Part shown: positions 18,054-27,892 of the stretch, piece by piece
Position numbering within the stretch: the stretch's first letter is position 1
Layout: each line of letters starts with the position of its first letter
Origin: an uncultured virus (IMG/VR IMGVR_UViG_2897109615_000002)
Lineage: Duplodnaviria; Heunggongvirae; Uroviricota; Caudoviricetes
IMG/VR virus record: IMGVR_UViG_2897109615_000002
Location: 62,001 to 126,000 of that record
Strand: one strand, 5' to 3'
DNA: 64,000 bases
Program-made: the position numbers and the translations under genes
The notes under the pieces: model-generated
The model's database searches: none
The model's input: only the letters and a program-made list of their open reading frames with translations
What the model was told of the DNA's origin: nothing

Positions 18054-19583
18054 TTGTTAACAGCTAAAGTTGGAGAGAACATAATAAGGAGTTTTGATAA
18101 CAAGTATGATAGATATACCTTAAAGAAGTGGTCAGATAAAAAGATCCTAAAATGTCCAGTATGCAACGATACTTATGAATATTGTCACGGTGATATAGTG
18201 TCACCTTATTTCAGACATAAAAATAAAAAGTGTAGTGATTTTTATAGCGAGCCAGAAACAGACGAACATAGAAAAGGAAAAATCATGTTGTTTAATTGGA
18301 TTAGTCAGCAGCCAGACATTGATAAATGCGAATTAGAAAAATGGCTCCCTGAAACTAAGCAAAGGCCTGACATTTATTTTGAGAAAAACGGAAAGAAGTA
18401 TGTCATTGAATTTCAGTGTTCACCTATAGCTTCAGAATTTTTAAACAGGAAAGAACTCTATAAATTAAACAATATCACTGATATATGGATTCTAGGAATT
18501 GGAAAATATAATTTAACAAAACATTATGAGGGTTACAATCATAGTTCTCGTTTTAGAACAATTGAAAAAGAGTGCTCATCTAGTTTTGGTCTGTATTACT
18601 TAGATACAGAAAGTGAAGCATTTTTAATTGGAGACTCTGTGCTTCATGATAACAACCTTGAGGTTAATCCATTTACCTTTTTTGTTACAAAGTTTATAAA
18701 AAAGTATTATCTTAAGCCCAATATTCAAGGTGATCTTTTAAACCACCTGTCTTGTTTTGATGACCATATACATTATTACATGCCTGTAAAGACAAAAGAC
18801 GTTGAATTTAATGATTCTATTTGTTTAACCTTCGATTTTAAATCAAAATACAAAGAAATCATTGATGAGGTAATTGAATCATATTCTAAATATTCATCTC
18901 ACCTAGAATTCTTGAAGCAATTGAAGGAATTAAAGAAGTCTATCAGTATTAGAAAGATAAAAAAAGTCGTTAAATTGTTGAACGATAAATACTGTAATTT
19001 TAATCTCTCTTTCGAAATTTCAGGTTTTAATAGTCAATATTATATTTGTTCGATTAATTTTGAAGACTGTGTATTTTTTATAAAGAAAGAACAGATCGAT
19101 TTTTGTTCTAAACATTACTATTGTTATCCCACCTACAGAAAAAGAAAAACAGTGTGGAGAGAAGGATATAGGCACAAAAACTTAAATTCATTAAAAATTA
19201 AATCTGTTTTTGATAACAGTGTTTCTAAATTTATTGAACGATGTGTAGAACCCTTCATTTTGGAAAGAATAGAGAATGAGTTAAGGTTTCAAAAAAATAT
19301 GAATATTGTTAAAGACTCTAACCTCAAAATTATTACAAATGATTATTGGATAAATGGTAATGAACGATTTGAATATTATAGAAACATAGAAGAAATAGAT
19401 GAAGAATTTATTAAAAATGAGCTTGTAGAAGATACGGTTAAATTTAAAAAGAGCAAAAATATAATATATATGTTTAACGAATCAAATGATATTAATAAAA
19501 TCATTAACACCCTAAAAGAAATTGGTTTTAACAATGTTGAAATGTTATCTAATTGTACTAAGAAAAGAGGTAGTAATCGTTGA
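18054..19583 (+). CDS. CoiA-like Zn-finger / PD-(D/E)XK nuclease
   Basis: CPVC, YFRH, EHRKGK and RPDIY...VIEFQCS motifs. Confidence 0.8.
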   Translation: MLTAKVGENIIRSFDNKYDRYTLKKWSDKKILKCPVCNDTYEYCHGDIVSPYFRHKNKKCSDFYSEPETDEHRKGKIMLFNWISQQPDIDKCELEKWLPETKQRPDIYFEKNGKKYVIEFQCSPIASEFLNRKELYKLNNITDIWILGIGKYNLTKHYEGYNHSSRFRTIEKECSSSFGLYYLDTESEAFLIGDSVLHDNNLEVNPFTFFVTKFIKKYYLKPNIQGDLLNHLSCFDDHIHYYMPVKTKDVEFNDSICLTFDFKSKYKEIIDEVIESYSKYSSHLEFLKQLKELKKSISIRKIKKVVKLLNDKYCNFNLSFEISGFNSQYYICSINFEDCVFFIKKEQIDFCSKHYYCYPTYRKRKTVWREGYRHKNLNSLKIKSVFDNSVSKFIERCVEPFILERIENELRFQKNMNIVKDSNLKIITNDYWINGNERFEYYRNIEEIDEEFIKNELVEDTVKFKKSKNIIYMFNESNDINKIINTLKEIGFNNVEMLSNCTKKRGSNR

Positions 19584-22351
19584 CCAATGTTCAATACTTT
19601 ACTTTTAAATTTAACTCTTCTAGATTAAAAGAGTTTAATTATAATATAGAATTGACCTTTAAAGAAGCAAAAAAATTTAATGAAATTATCTCGTTATTTG
19701 ACAATCAAATTTTGAGATCTATTAGAGATATAAAAAAGATATCTTGTGAGGACAAGCTTAGAACCCTATACATAGAAAAAGAAAAAATAAAAAAAAGCAA
19801 CAATAGTAATGAGAGTGCAAAAAGATTAAATGAAATTCAAGAACAACTAGATGACCTTCTTTTTGTTCCAGAGTATATAACAATTAAAATGGAGCACCCT
19901 AGCCACTATAGATATCTGTATAGAAAAGGGCTAACTCTAAACGGCAAACAGTTTGTTAGATTCTCTTCATCAGCTGGTCAGGCTAGAGCTTCAACTGTGG
20001 TCTTTATTGAAGCAAAAACAGCTAAACAACTAAATAGATTATTAGACAATGGTCGAGATATAGATAAGATGCTAGTTCCCTCCAAGTTCAATGCGTACAA
20101 AGGGCTGGCCGGCAGCGCTACGAAAGTAGTTAGCACTCCAAAATTTTGTTTAATACCTGACTATTGCAGCGATACTAATGTGAAAGTTAACTTTGTTACT
20201 GAAACTCCAGTTGAAGATGATGACATTATTGAAATTAAGGATATTGTTGAATCATTTAACCGTTTTGATGGTCAGGGTTTAATTAGCTATGAGATGGCAG
20301 AGAAATGGGCAGCAGAATTGGGGCTTGATTACGTTCCTGCACAATGGTGTATTAGACAAAACTTTATAAAAGGTATGCTAAACACCTTCCCTATTCATGA
20401 GTTTTGTGAAACAGTCAATAACGGAAATTACAGAATAAGAACATCCTATAAAGATGAAAATGGCAACCCAAAGATAGTTGATTTAAGAGACATTGATGTA
20501 ATTTTGACTGAAAGCCAATTTAAATTATGGGACAGCTTCCCTTCAATTGAGGTTTATCAGGAAAATTGCATAAAAAACAATTTAAGATGGGGAGTATCTT
20601 TACATAGTCCTAAAAAAGATAAAGACATCTTGAAGATGAATTATCAGTTTCTACAAACACTTAATTTGAATAATGAGGATATTGAAAAGATTTGTGAGAA
20701 ATTCGTTAATTGGATTACAGGAGTTAACGGGGGAAACATTTACTACACTATCCTCTTCCTCATTGGAACTGATATAACTGACGATAAGATTGAAAATTAC
20801 ATAGACAAGTCAGATAATCATTGGATAAAATCATTGCTTGTTAATCCTAATTTAATTAATGACAAATACCTGAAAAAGAAGATATATGACTTAATGAAAA
20901 AGAAAATCCAACGAGGTTGCCTTGGGGACATAATTCTGGATGGGAACTTTCAAACTTTAGTAAGTGATCCTTATGCCATGATGCAGCATGTTTGTGGACT
21001 TCAAGTTACTGGGCTTTTGGGAAAACGCGAGTATTACTCTAACTATTGGAATCAAAAAGGTGTCAAATATGTTGATAGTATGAGAGCCCCCCTCACCTAC
21101 CGAAGTGAACACTTGATCTTAACTCTTAAGAAGAATGAAGCAGTTGATTATTGGTACAGACATAACTACACAGGAATAATCGTTAATGTACATGGATCAG
21201 AAACAATGAACTGGGCTGGGAGCGATTTTGATTATGACATCATTGCAACTACTTCAGACGAAACTGTACTCAAAGGAGTTTATAAAGATGAGTTACCTGT
21301 AGTGTATACCCCTCCTACTTCTGAGAAAAGGATTCTTACCGAAGATGACTTATTCAATGCAGACTTATTTTCTTTTGGCTCAATCATCGGTTCAATAACA
21401 AACAAAAGTACAAGTGGTTATGCGCTTTTAGCTGAATTGGATACTGACTCTAAAGAATATGAAACAACTTTAAATCGAGTAAAGATGTGCACAAAGCTTC
21501 AAAGCGCTCAGATTGATAAAGCTAAGATCGGAAGAGAGGTTAAAGGTATCCCCTCCCCTTGGGTTAACTACAACAAGGTTAAAGACACTGATTCTGATGA
21601 AACTAAGACTGAAAAAGCATTTAAGAATAGGATTTTGCTAGACAGACACCCATATTTCTTCATCTATTTGTATAAAGGAACTAAAAATAAGTACAAAAAA
21701 CACGTCAAAAGCTATGACATTACTTGTAAACAGAAGTTTGGAGTAAGTATTCAAGAGCTTAGGACAGTAAAAAGAAAAACAAAAGAACAACGAGACTTTT
21801 TGAAGCTATTTGAAAGATTTAATCCTGTAATTGAAAGTGAATGTGTCATGAATCGTATTTGCAAATATATTGAGTCTGTTGATTTTGGAATAAGGAATAT
21901 CGTTAGCAATGATTGTGATGAAGAAATATATAAATTGTATTTGAGTGACGAAGCTGTGTTTGATGAGGAAAAGTACTTAAAAGTCAAGGGCCTGTACGGA
22001 AAGTTTAAGAAATCTATTGGACAAAGCGCTGTTTTAAACACAGGAGATCCTTCTGAAAGAAGCTCGTACGATTCTGAGTTACATGCCCAAATATCAAATT
22101 CACAAGAACTATTTAAACAAGAGGTTTTTCAAATAAGTTCGAGTGTTAATGAAGTAACCAATTACCTAGTTAAATTATTTTATTTTGATGAAAAGACAGC
22201 TAACAAAGAAGTTTTATGGTCTGCTTTTGGTCAATACATATTTGAAAATATCAAAAAGAAAGCAAAAGAATTTTACATACCTGTTTCTAATACTAAAGGA
22301 GAGATCGAATATTTGAATAATAGATACACATTGAAAAAGGTGGTGTTGTAA
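19580..22351 (+). CDS. yonO: YonO-like single-subunit RNA polymerase
   Basis: SSSAGQAR, FDGQG, KGML, RAP and the catalytic loop GSDFDYD; IDKAK; lies upstream of HU and late genes. Confidence 0.85.
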   Translation: MTNVQYFTFKFNSSRLKEFNYNIELTFKEAKKFNEIISLFDNQILRSIRDIKKISCEDKLRTLYIEKEKIKKSNNSNESAKRLNEIQEQLDDLLFVPEYITIKMEHPSHYRYLYRKGLTLNGKQFVRFSSSAGQARASTVVFIEAKTAKQLNRLLDNGRDIDKMLVPSKFNAYKGLAGSATKVVSTPKFCLIPDYCSDTNVKVNFVTETPVEDDDIIEIKDIVESFNRFDGQGLISYEMAEKWAAELGLDYVPAQWCIRQNFIKGMLNTFPIHEFCETVNNGNYRIRTSYKDENGNPKIVDLRDIDVILTESQFKLWDSFPSIEVYQENCIKNNLRWGVSLHSPKKDKDILKMNYQFLQTLNLNNEDIEKICEKFVNWITGVNGGNIYYTILFLIGTDITDDKIENYIDKSDNHWIKSLLVNPNLINDKYLKKKIYDLMKKKIQRGCLGDIILDGNFQTLVSDPYAMMQHVCGLQVTGLLGKREYYSNYWNQKGVKYVDSMRAPLTYRSEHLILTLKKNEAVDYWYRHNYTGIIVNVHGSETMNWAGSDFDYDIIATTSDETVLKGVYKDELPVVYTPPTSEKRILTEDDLFNADLFSFGSIIGSITNKSTSGYALLAELDTDSKEYETTLNRVKMCTKLQSAQIDKAKIGREVKGIPSPWVNYNKVKDTDSDETKTEKAFKNRILLDRHPYFFIYLYKGTKNKYKKHVKSYDITCKQKFGVSIQELRTVKRKTKEQRDFLKLFERFNPVIESECVMNRICKYIESVDFGIRNIVSNDCDEEIYKLYLSDEAVFDEEKYLKVKGLYGKFKKSIGQSAVLNTGDPSERSSYDSELHAQISNSQELFKQEVFQISSSVNEVTNYLVKLFYFDEKTANKEVLWSAFGQYIFENIKKKAKEFYIPVSNTKGEIEYLNNRYTLKKVVL

Positions 22352-23163
22352 TGAGTGACATAAAGTTTAAAGAAAAGGATTACGCAGAACTCTTACTCAA
22401 AAAAGGCTTAATTTCGAAAAATTTCGGCACTGAATTGAAAATCTTAGCTAAATATTTTAAATCATTGGGTAAAAAGCCAAAAGAACGGGAGAAACTAATA
22501 TATGAGTTTTGTGAGAACCATGTAACTGATTTTAGCCGGGTTCTTTATTTTAAAAAAATCAATTCAGCCCTTAATTATGCAAGGAAAAAAGAAAGTGTCC
22601 TAATAAATATTGATCAAATTGAAATAACAAAGAATGAGCTTGAGGTAATTGATTCTCTAGATGCTGACCATGTCCAAAAGAAACTTTGCTTTACTCTGCT
22701 CACTTTAAACAAGCTTTATTCAACAATACATAAAATTAAATATGGAGAAAAAAATAAAGAACATTTTTACGGAGGTAATAACAAGAAATACAAAGAATTA
22801 ATTGATGTTTCACATACGTCCCTTACGGCAAACAAACTTCACTTTATTATAGGAGAATTAGCTGCTAAAGGAATAGTTGAGATTAGAAATAAGGGTTTTA
22901 TTAAACTGTCCTTTATTTATGAGATAGATTCTGATAGCGAAGTTGCCATTTTAATTAATTCTTTTGCCGATATTGGGCTTTACTATGACCTATACACAAA
23001 TCAACCCAAAGTCAAAAGATGTGCGGCTTGTTTTGTACCTTTAAAAATGAAAAGCAATAAAACAAAGTACTGTTCAAAATGTGCAAAAGATATATCTCAA
23101 ACCAAAAAAAACCAATGGAAAAGGGAGAATTGGAACAAAGGAAGAAAAATAGAAAAACGCTGA
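22351..23163 (+). CDS. Hypothetical protein with C-terminal Zn ribbon, coupled to RNAP gene
   Basis: CAAC...YCSKC; overlapping stop/start. Confidence 0.75.
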   Translation: MSDIKFKEKDYAELLLKKGLISKNFGTELKILAKYFKSLGKKPKEREKLIYEFCENHVTDFSRVLYFKKINSALNYARKKESVLINIDQIEITKNELEVIDSLDADHVQKKLCFTLLTLNKLYSTIHKIKYGEKNKEHFYGGNNKKYKELIDVSHTSLTANKLHFIIGELAAKGIVEIRNKGFIKLSFIYEIDSDSEVAILINSFADIGLYYDLYTNQPKVKRCAACFVPLKMKSNKTKYCSKCAKDISQTKKNQWKRENWNKGRKIEKR

Positions 23164-23268
23164 AACCCTTGATATATAAGGGTTTGAGACACATTCAATA
23201 ATTTTTTAGTTATGGTAAGACATACATAAATTAAGAATAAAAATAAAATAATAAAGGAGAAATCACAT

Positions 23269-23544
23269 ATGAACAAAACAGAATTTGTTGGAGAAGTTGC
23301 AGAAAAATTAGGAGTTACTAAGAAAGAAGCTGCGCCTAAAGTAGAAGCAGTATTTAATGTCATCGTTGAAGCACTAACAAAAGGTGAATCAATCAAGATT
23401 CCAGGAGTTGGGACGTTTGAAGTTCGTGAACGTGCAGCTCGTAAAGGGAGAAATCCGCAATCGGGTGAGGAAATTGATATTCCGGCTACAAAGGCACCTG
23501 CCTTCAAGGCTGCTAAAGCTCTAAAAGACGCAGTGAAAGCTTAA
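23269..23544 (+). CDS. yonN: HU-family histone-like DNA-binding protein
   Basis: MNKTEF...GTFEVRERAARKGRNPQSGE. Confidence 0.95.
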   Translation: MNKTEFVGEVAEKLGVTKKEAAPKVEAVFNVIVEALTKGESIKIPGVGTFEVRERAARKGRNPQSGEEIDIPATKAPAFKAAKALKDAVKA

Positions 23545-23549
23545 TAAAA

Positions 23550-25155
23550 TTAAAGAGGACGACAGGAAAGACTTCCTGCACGCTTTGTCACATAGAGCTT
23601 ATGCTCCTAAAAGTGGCAGAGTTAGATGTTATGGAGGAATTTGTCGCCCTCCCCTCTTTTCGCATGTGTTCATCTCCAGTTTAATTAATTAGAGTTCTTT
23701 TATTGATGGCATGGGGGTGTCGTCAATAATAAGCTGTTTACTGATATGTGGGATATCAGTTCTCGGCTAATATTCATTTGTTTGAGGACTTGGAATGCCA
23801 GGGTTTCGGATAAGTGGATATTAGCGGGGTATTGCCCTTACGTGGAAGAAGCTTTTTCTAAACATGTCTATTCTCACTTCATACGAACAAAAGCATTAAA
23901 TTCGACTTTACAGCTACAACTGGTCATTGTAGTTAGTCGGATAATGGTCATTTATGAGGGTTCGAGGTTAACTCGGATGTCTGTATCTAAAAGAGACAGG
24001 TAAATGGCCATTATCGGGCTAAATATGCCGATAAGACTTAACGCATTAATGCAAATTGCGACTGAATCCCATCAGGGTCTTATTATGGGTGGCATATAAC
24101 CTGAATATTAATTGCGGTGCATTGCTTCGGCTTGCACTTAGGGAAGGCAGATGCGTCTCCCTTCCCTTTAAATAATGCCCTTGTAAGCTTTGTTGCTTAT
24201 TAGAGGTAATCAAAAATTTTTCCGGGTTAGCGAGGCTTTGTAATTACATACCCTCGTAAAATAAGTGAAATGGCTTTTGAGCGCTTGATCACCGCTCCCA
24301 TTTCACAGAAAAGGATTATTTTCGGTCTTGCCTTTTCAATTTCACTTAACAACACGTTCACTTTATCTCCTTCAACGTTCTGAATGGAGCCTTACCTTTC
24401 CCATGCACATACCTCCTTACACGGGGCAGAGAAAACTGTGCAAAATAAATGGCGAGCGTTTGAGACGCTTTGTTTCTCAATAAGGCGTGTAACCCGACAA
24501 GAGCATTAAAAATGCCATTGAGAAGGCTTATTAGGGTCTTTCCTTCTCAAATTATTTTTTCCTTGGCTCTCAGACTCTGCTGAGCAGTTGGCAAGCAACA
24601 TAAAAACTTGATATATAAGATGTTGGCAATAGGAACTTTAAACACATTCAGAAAGTGTGTATTATTTGTTGTCATAGCTCATCTGCCAGGTGTAGAAGGA
24701 GCCAGCTGGATTCCGCACAGCGATAACCAGCCTTTTATGCTCATGTACCATGAAGTACAAGGAGTTTCTGAAGACGTTATTTGGCGTCTTTTGTTATTTT
24801 CGCCTTACTTATAGTTTGTCGACTACAAAGGTTTCAGTCGCTGAACCCGTAATCAGCGTATTCCCTGTCGATCTGAAGGCTTGCGTCCCTACGTGAGCTA
24901 CTGACGTAGGTGAAACGGGGTTAGAATGTAATCAGAACAAGGCCATCTAAATCGTTAGAAGGTCTTTTTGTGCTTGCGTTTTACTTTACCGATCATCCGG
25001 AATGTGCTTACGAGCCTTCCGGTACGCAAGTAATCAATAATCTCCTTCGGGCGTTTCCCCAACGCCTATCCGACTTATCCTTTCTCCTTTATATCCCCTT
25101 TTCGGACGTTACCGATGCTTCGGATCATCGAGCTTCCGAAGGAGCTTATTGAACG
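23550..25155 (+). ncRNA. Candidate large structured RNA, or cluster of structured RNAs
   Basis: No credible ORF; about 20 stems, many needing G-U pairs on the plus strand, e.g. 23766-23825 (27 of 28 paired, 8 G-U). Confidence 0.7.
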
Positions 25156-25185
25156 TAAATAAAACACATATTGGAGGAATTAAAT

Positions 25186-25395
25186 TTGGCTAAAGGTAAG
25201 AAAGAATATTCTTTTAAAAAATGCACTGTAAATGTTGATGAAGATCAAATTATTGAGCATAAAGGTGATGGCATACAAATTCACTCACTATCTAAGTATC
25301 TAAGAGAGATGGAAAGCAAAACGGAACCAATTGATTTCACATTAAAAAGTGATAGCGATGTTGCTCCTCAAGAAACTGAAGGACTTCCTGAGTAG
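25186..25395 (+). CDS. YonK-like small protein
   Basis: TTG after GGAGGA; size and position before the phosphoesterase. Confidence 0.65.
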   Translation: MAKGKKEYSFKKCTVNVDEDQIIEHKGDGIQIHSLSKYLREMESKTEPIDFTLKSDSDVAPQETEGLPE

Positions 25396-25406
25396 GTGGT
25401 GACTGA

Positions 25407-26594
25407 ATGACAGCTATTTTAGATACTGTATTACAGCGAGAAAAAGACGAATCGTTCACTGATTATCATATTAGACTTTTCAAAAACAAAGATACTTATC
25501 ACATTGACACAAAAACAATTGCTACCCTTTTAAATAAGGATCAAGGAACCAACTATGATGAAAGCAAATGGCGTAAAGACTTTAAACAATTTGAGCGCTG
25601 GCACGATTATTTTATCTCAAAGAACGTTGATAAAGAAATCCTTGATAAATATGAAACTATTCGTATTGAATCTGAGAAAGAAAAAATCAGAAAACAAGAC
25701 CAAAACAGAGAGTTCAAAAAGAAGATTTCAAATCAAGCACGATTTGAAAAAATTAGAGATGATGTTGTTCAAGCTATTGCATCTCTAGAGTCAAAAAGAC
25801 CCCTTCGCTTCACCTTCCCATCCCCCGCTATTGCTAAAAAACATGGACTTGCTCTATTCAGTGATTGGCACTTCGGAATGGAAATCGACAACCGCATTAA
25901 TAAATTCAATAAAGAAATTTTTAATGAGCGTGTAGAACATCTCACCAACAAAGTAATTGAGTATGGTAAGCAGAATCATATTTCCACACTACATGTAGCA
26001 AACCTCGGTGATTTAATCGGAGGTCTTATTCATGTGTCTACAAGAGTTCAAGCTAATGAAGATGCTGTAGAACAAATTAAATATGTATCAGAAACGCTTG
26101 CTGAGGTTTTAGCGATGTTGGCAAGTGAGTTTCAAGAGGTTAAGTTCTACAACGTGGCAGGAAATCACGGTCGTCTCTCCCCTTCTAAGAATGATGTGGG
26201 GATCAAAGAAAACTTTGAATACCTCATTAATTGGTATCTAGAAGCCAGATTGAAGAATATAAAGAACATCTCAATTGAACCTGAGCAAGACGGATTCATC
26301 CCCGCTAAAATCAACAATCAGGAAGTCGTGTTTGTGCACGGCCACTACGATCGTGTTGATCAGTGTGTAACACGATTACCTCAATTACTTGGCTACATCC
26401 CTTCTTACATATTCGGCGGTCATATTCATCACAATTATGAAAAAGAGTACGGCAGCACAACAGTTGTTGTAAACGGAGCGCTTGTCGGTGCGGATGATTA
26501 TGCTATGCAAGGTCGGTTTGGCACAAAACCTTCTCAAAAATTTATGGTTTTTGATGAAGCAGGTATTGAGGCTACATACATAATTCGCTTTTAA
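25407..26594 (+). CDS. yonJ: Calcineurin-like metallophosphoesterase (YonJ-like)
   Basis: SDWH, GDLI, GNHG, HGH and GHIH motifs. Confidence 0.85.
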   Translation: MTAILDTVLQREKDESFTDYHIRLFKNKDTYHIDTKTIATLLNKDQGTNYDESKWRKDFKQFERWHDYFISKNVDKEILDKYETIRIESEKEKIRKQDQNREFKKKISNQARFEKIRDDVVQAIASLESKRPLRFTFPSPAIAKKHGLALFSDWHFGMEIDNRINKFNKEIFNERVEHLTNKVIEYGKQNHISTLHVANLGDLIGGLIHVSTRVQANEDAVEQIKYVSETLAEVLAMLASEFQEVKFYNVAGNHGRLSPSKNDVGIKENFEYLINWYLEARLKNIKNISIEPEQDGFIPAKINNQEVVFVHGHYDRVDQCVTRLPQLLGYIPSYIFGGHIHHNYEKEYGSTTVVVNGALVGADDYAMQGRFGTKPSQKFMVFDEAGIEATYIIRF

Positions 26595-26619
26595 AATAAA
26601 AAGTTAAAGGAATGATCCT

Positions 26620-26715
26620 ATGTCTGCCAATGAATTTATTGAAATATTAGTAGAACAGTGGGACAACCTGTCCCCTGAAAGCAAGAACACTCTAGTAAAT
26701 TTGATTGTTAATTAA
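26620..26715 (+). CDS. 31-aa small ORF
   Basis: AAGGA RBS; MSANEFIEILVEQWDNLSPESKNTLVNLIVN*. Confidence 0.4.
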   Translation: MSANEFIEILVEQWDNLSPESKNTLVNLIVN

Positions 26716-26842
26716 TATAAAACTTTAATTTTATCTAGATAAACACCTTTTTAGAACGCCCATTGATGATTGCGGTACCCTTTCCGCTCTATTGCTGGGC
26801 GTTTTATAAAATGTGTTTTTAGAAATTAACGGAGGTGAGTAG

Positions 26843-27892
26843 ATGAATATTGAAAAAATTGTTTGCTCCTGTTGTGGAAAAGAAAGAGACGCAGGACAAT
26901 ATTACGCCTCTGCCTCCCCTTTTCACGCTGCAACAGGTAAGCTACACATCTGTAAACAATGCTTATTAAAAATTGCTGACTCAGACATAGAAAGTCCTAT
27001 CCATATACAAAATCTCTTACGAATGCTTGATAAACCATACTTACACACTACCTGGATTTCTTCAATTGAAGAAGCAGCAAATAGAAATAGGCATTTATTT
27101 TCAATTTACATGAAGAATTTAGGTCTTAGACATAACCGCATGAAAACATGGCAAGACAGTGAGTTCGACGAAGATGGCACGAAAACGCAGCAAGAAATAA
27201 ACGCAGATCATCCATCTAAAGATGATGGCATTCAGTTAGATGATACCAATAAAAATGATGTATTAAGGATGTTGGGATATGATCCGTTCGAAGGAGAAAT
27301 TGAGAGTGACAAACGTCTTCTTTACAATAACCTAGTCAACTTCCTTGACGAAGGAACATTAGAGGACAATTTCAAACTACCCGCTGTAATTGAAATTGTA
27401 AAAGGATTTAATCAAATTGATAAAATAAACCGAGCAATTGCGACAATTACAAGTGACGTAGCTAATATGTCTAATCAGGCAGGCGGCATTAAATCCTTAA
27501 TTGACTCCAAAGAAAAGATTCTCAAATCCATGCTGGCTTTAGCTAAAGACAATGGTATCTCGGTAAACCATAACAACAATAAAAGCAAAGGTGCCGGGAC
27601 TCTTTCAGGAATTATTAAAACACTTCAGGAGAAAGGCTTTGAAGAAGGAGAAGTTAATCAATTTGATATTGAGACAGCACAAGGGATAAGACAAGTAGCT
27701 GATTTAAGTAATAAAAGTATTATGGATCAATTGCAATTTGATGAGAATGATTATACTTCAATGATCATGGAGCAAAGAGAAATTATTCAGAGCTTAGATG
27801 CAAGAACAATCACTCTTGAAGAAGAAAACCGGAAGCTTAAGAAAGAATTATTTAGCCTGAGTAAAACAGAAGGAACTTTGACAAATGTCTAA
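26843..27892 (+). CDS. Zn-finger protein before terminase (YonG position; possible small terminase)
   Basis: CSCC...CKQC; overlaps the terL start. Confidence 0.65.
   Translation: MNIEKIVCSCCGKERDAGQYYASASPFHAATGKLHICKQCLLKIADSDIESPIHIQNLLRMLDKPYLHTTWISSIEEAANRNRHLFSIYMKNLGLRHNRMKTWQDSEFDEDGTKTQQEINADHPSKDDGIQLDDTNKNDVLRMLGYDPFEGEIESDKRLLYNNLVNFLDEGTLEDNFKLPAVIEIVKGFNQIDKINRAIATITSDVANMSNQAGGIKSLIDSKEKILKSMLALAKDNGISVNHNNNKSKGAGTLSGIIKTLQEKGFEEGEVNQFDIETAQGIRQVADLSNKSIMDQLQFDENDYTSMIMEQREIIQSLDARTITLEEENRKLKKELFSLSKTEGTLTNV

Noticed and set aside
23955..23980. GGTTCGAG resembling a tRNA T-loop
   Set aside because: No acceptor stem, D-arm or anticodon arm can be built around it
23746..25152. 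ORFs 23746-24003, 24608-24814 and 24970-25152
   Set aside because: No RBS, atypical composition, and they overlap dense RNA stems; likely chance ORFs
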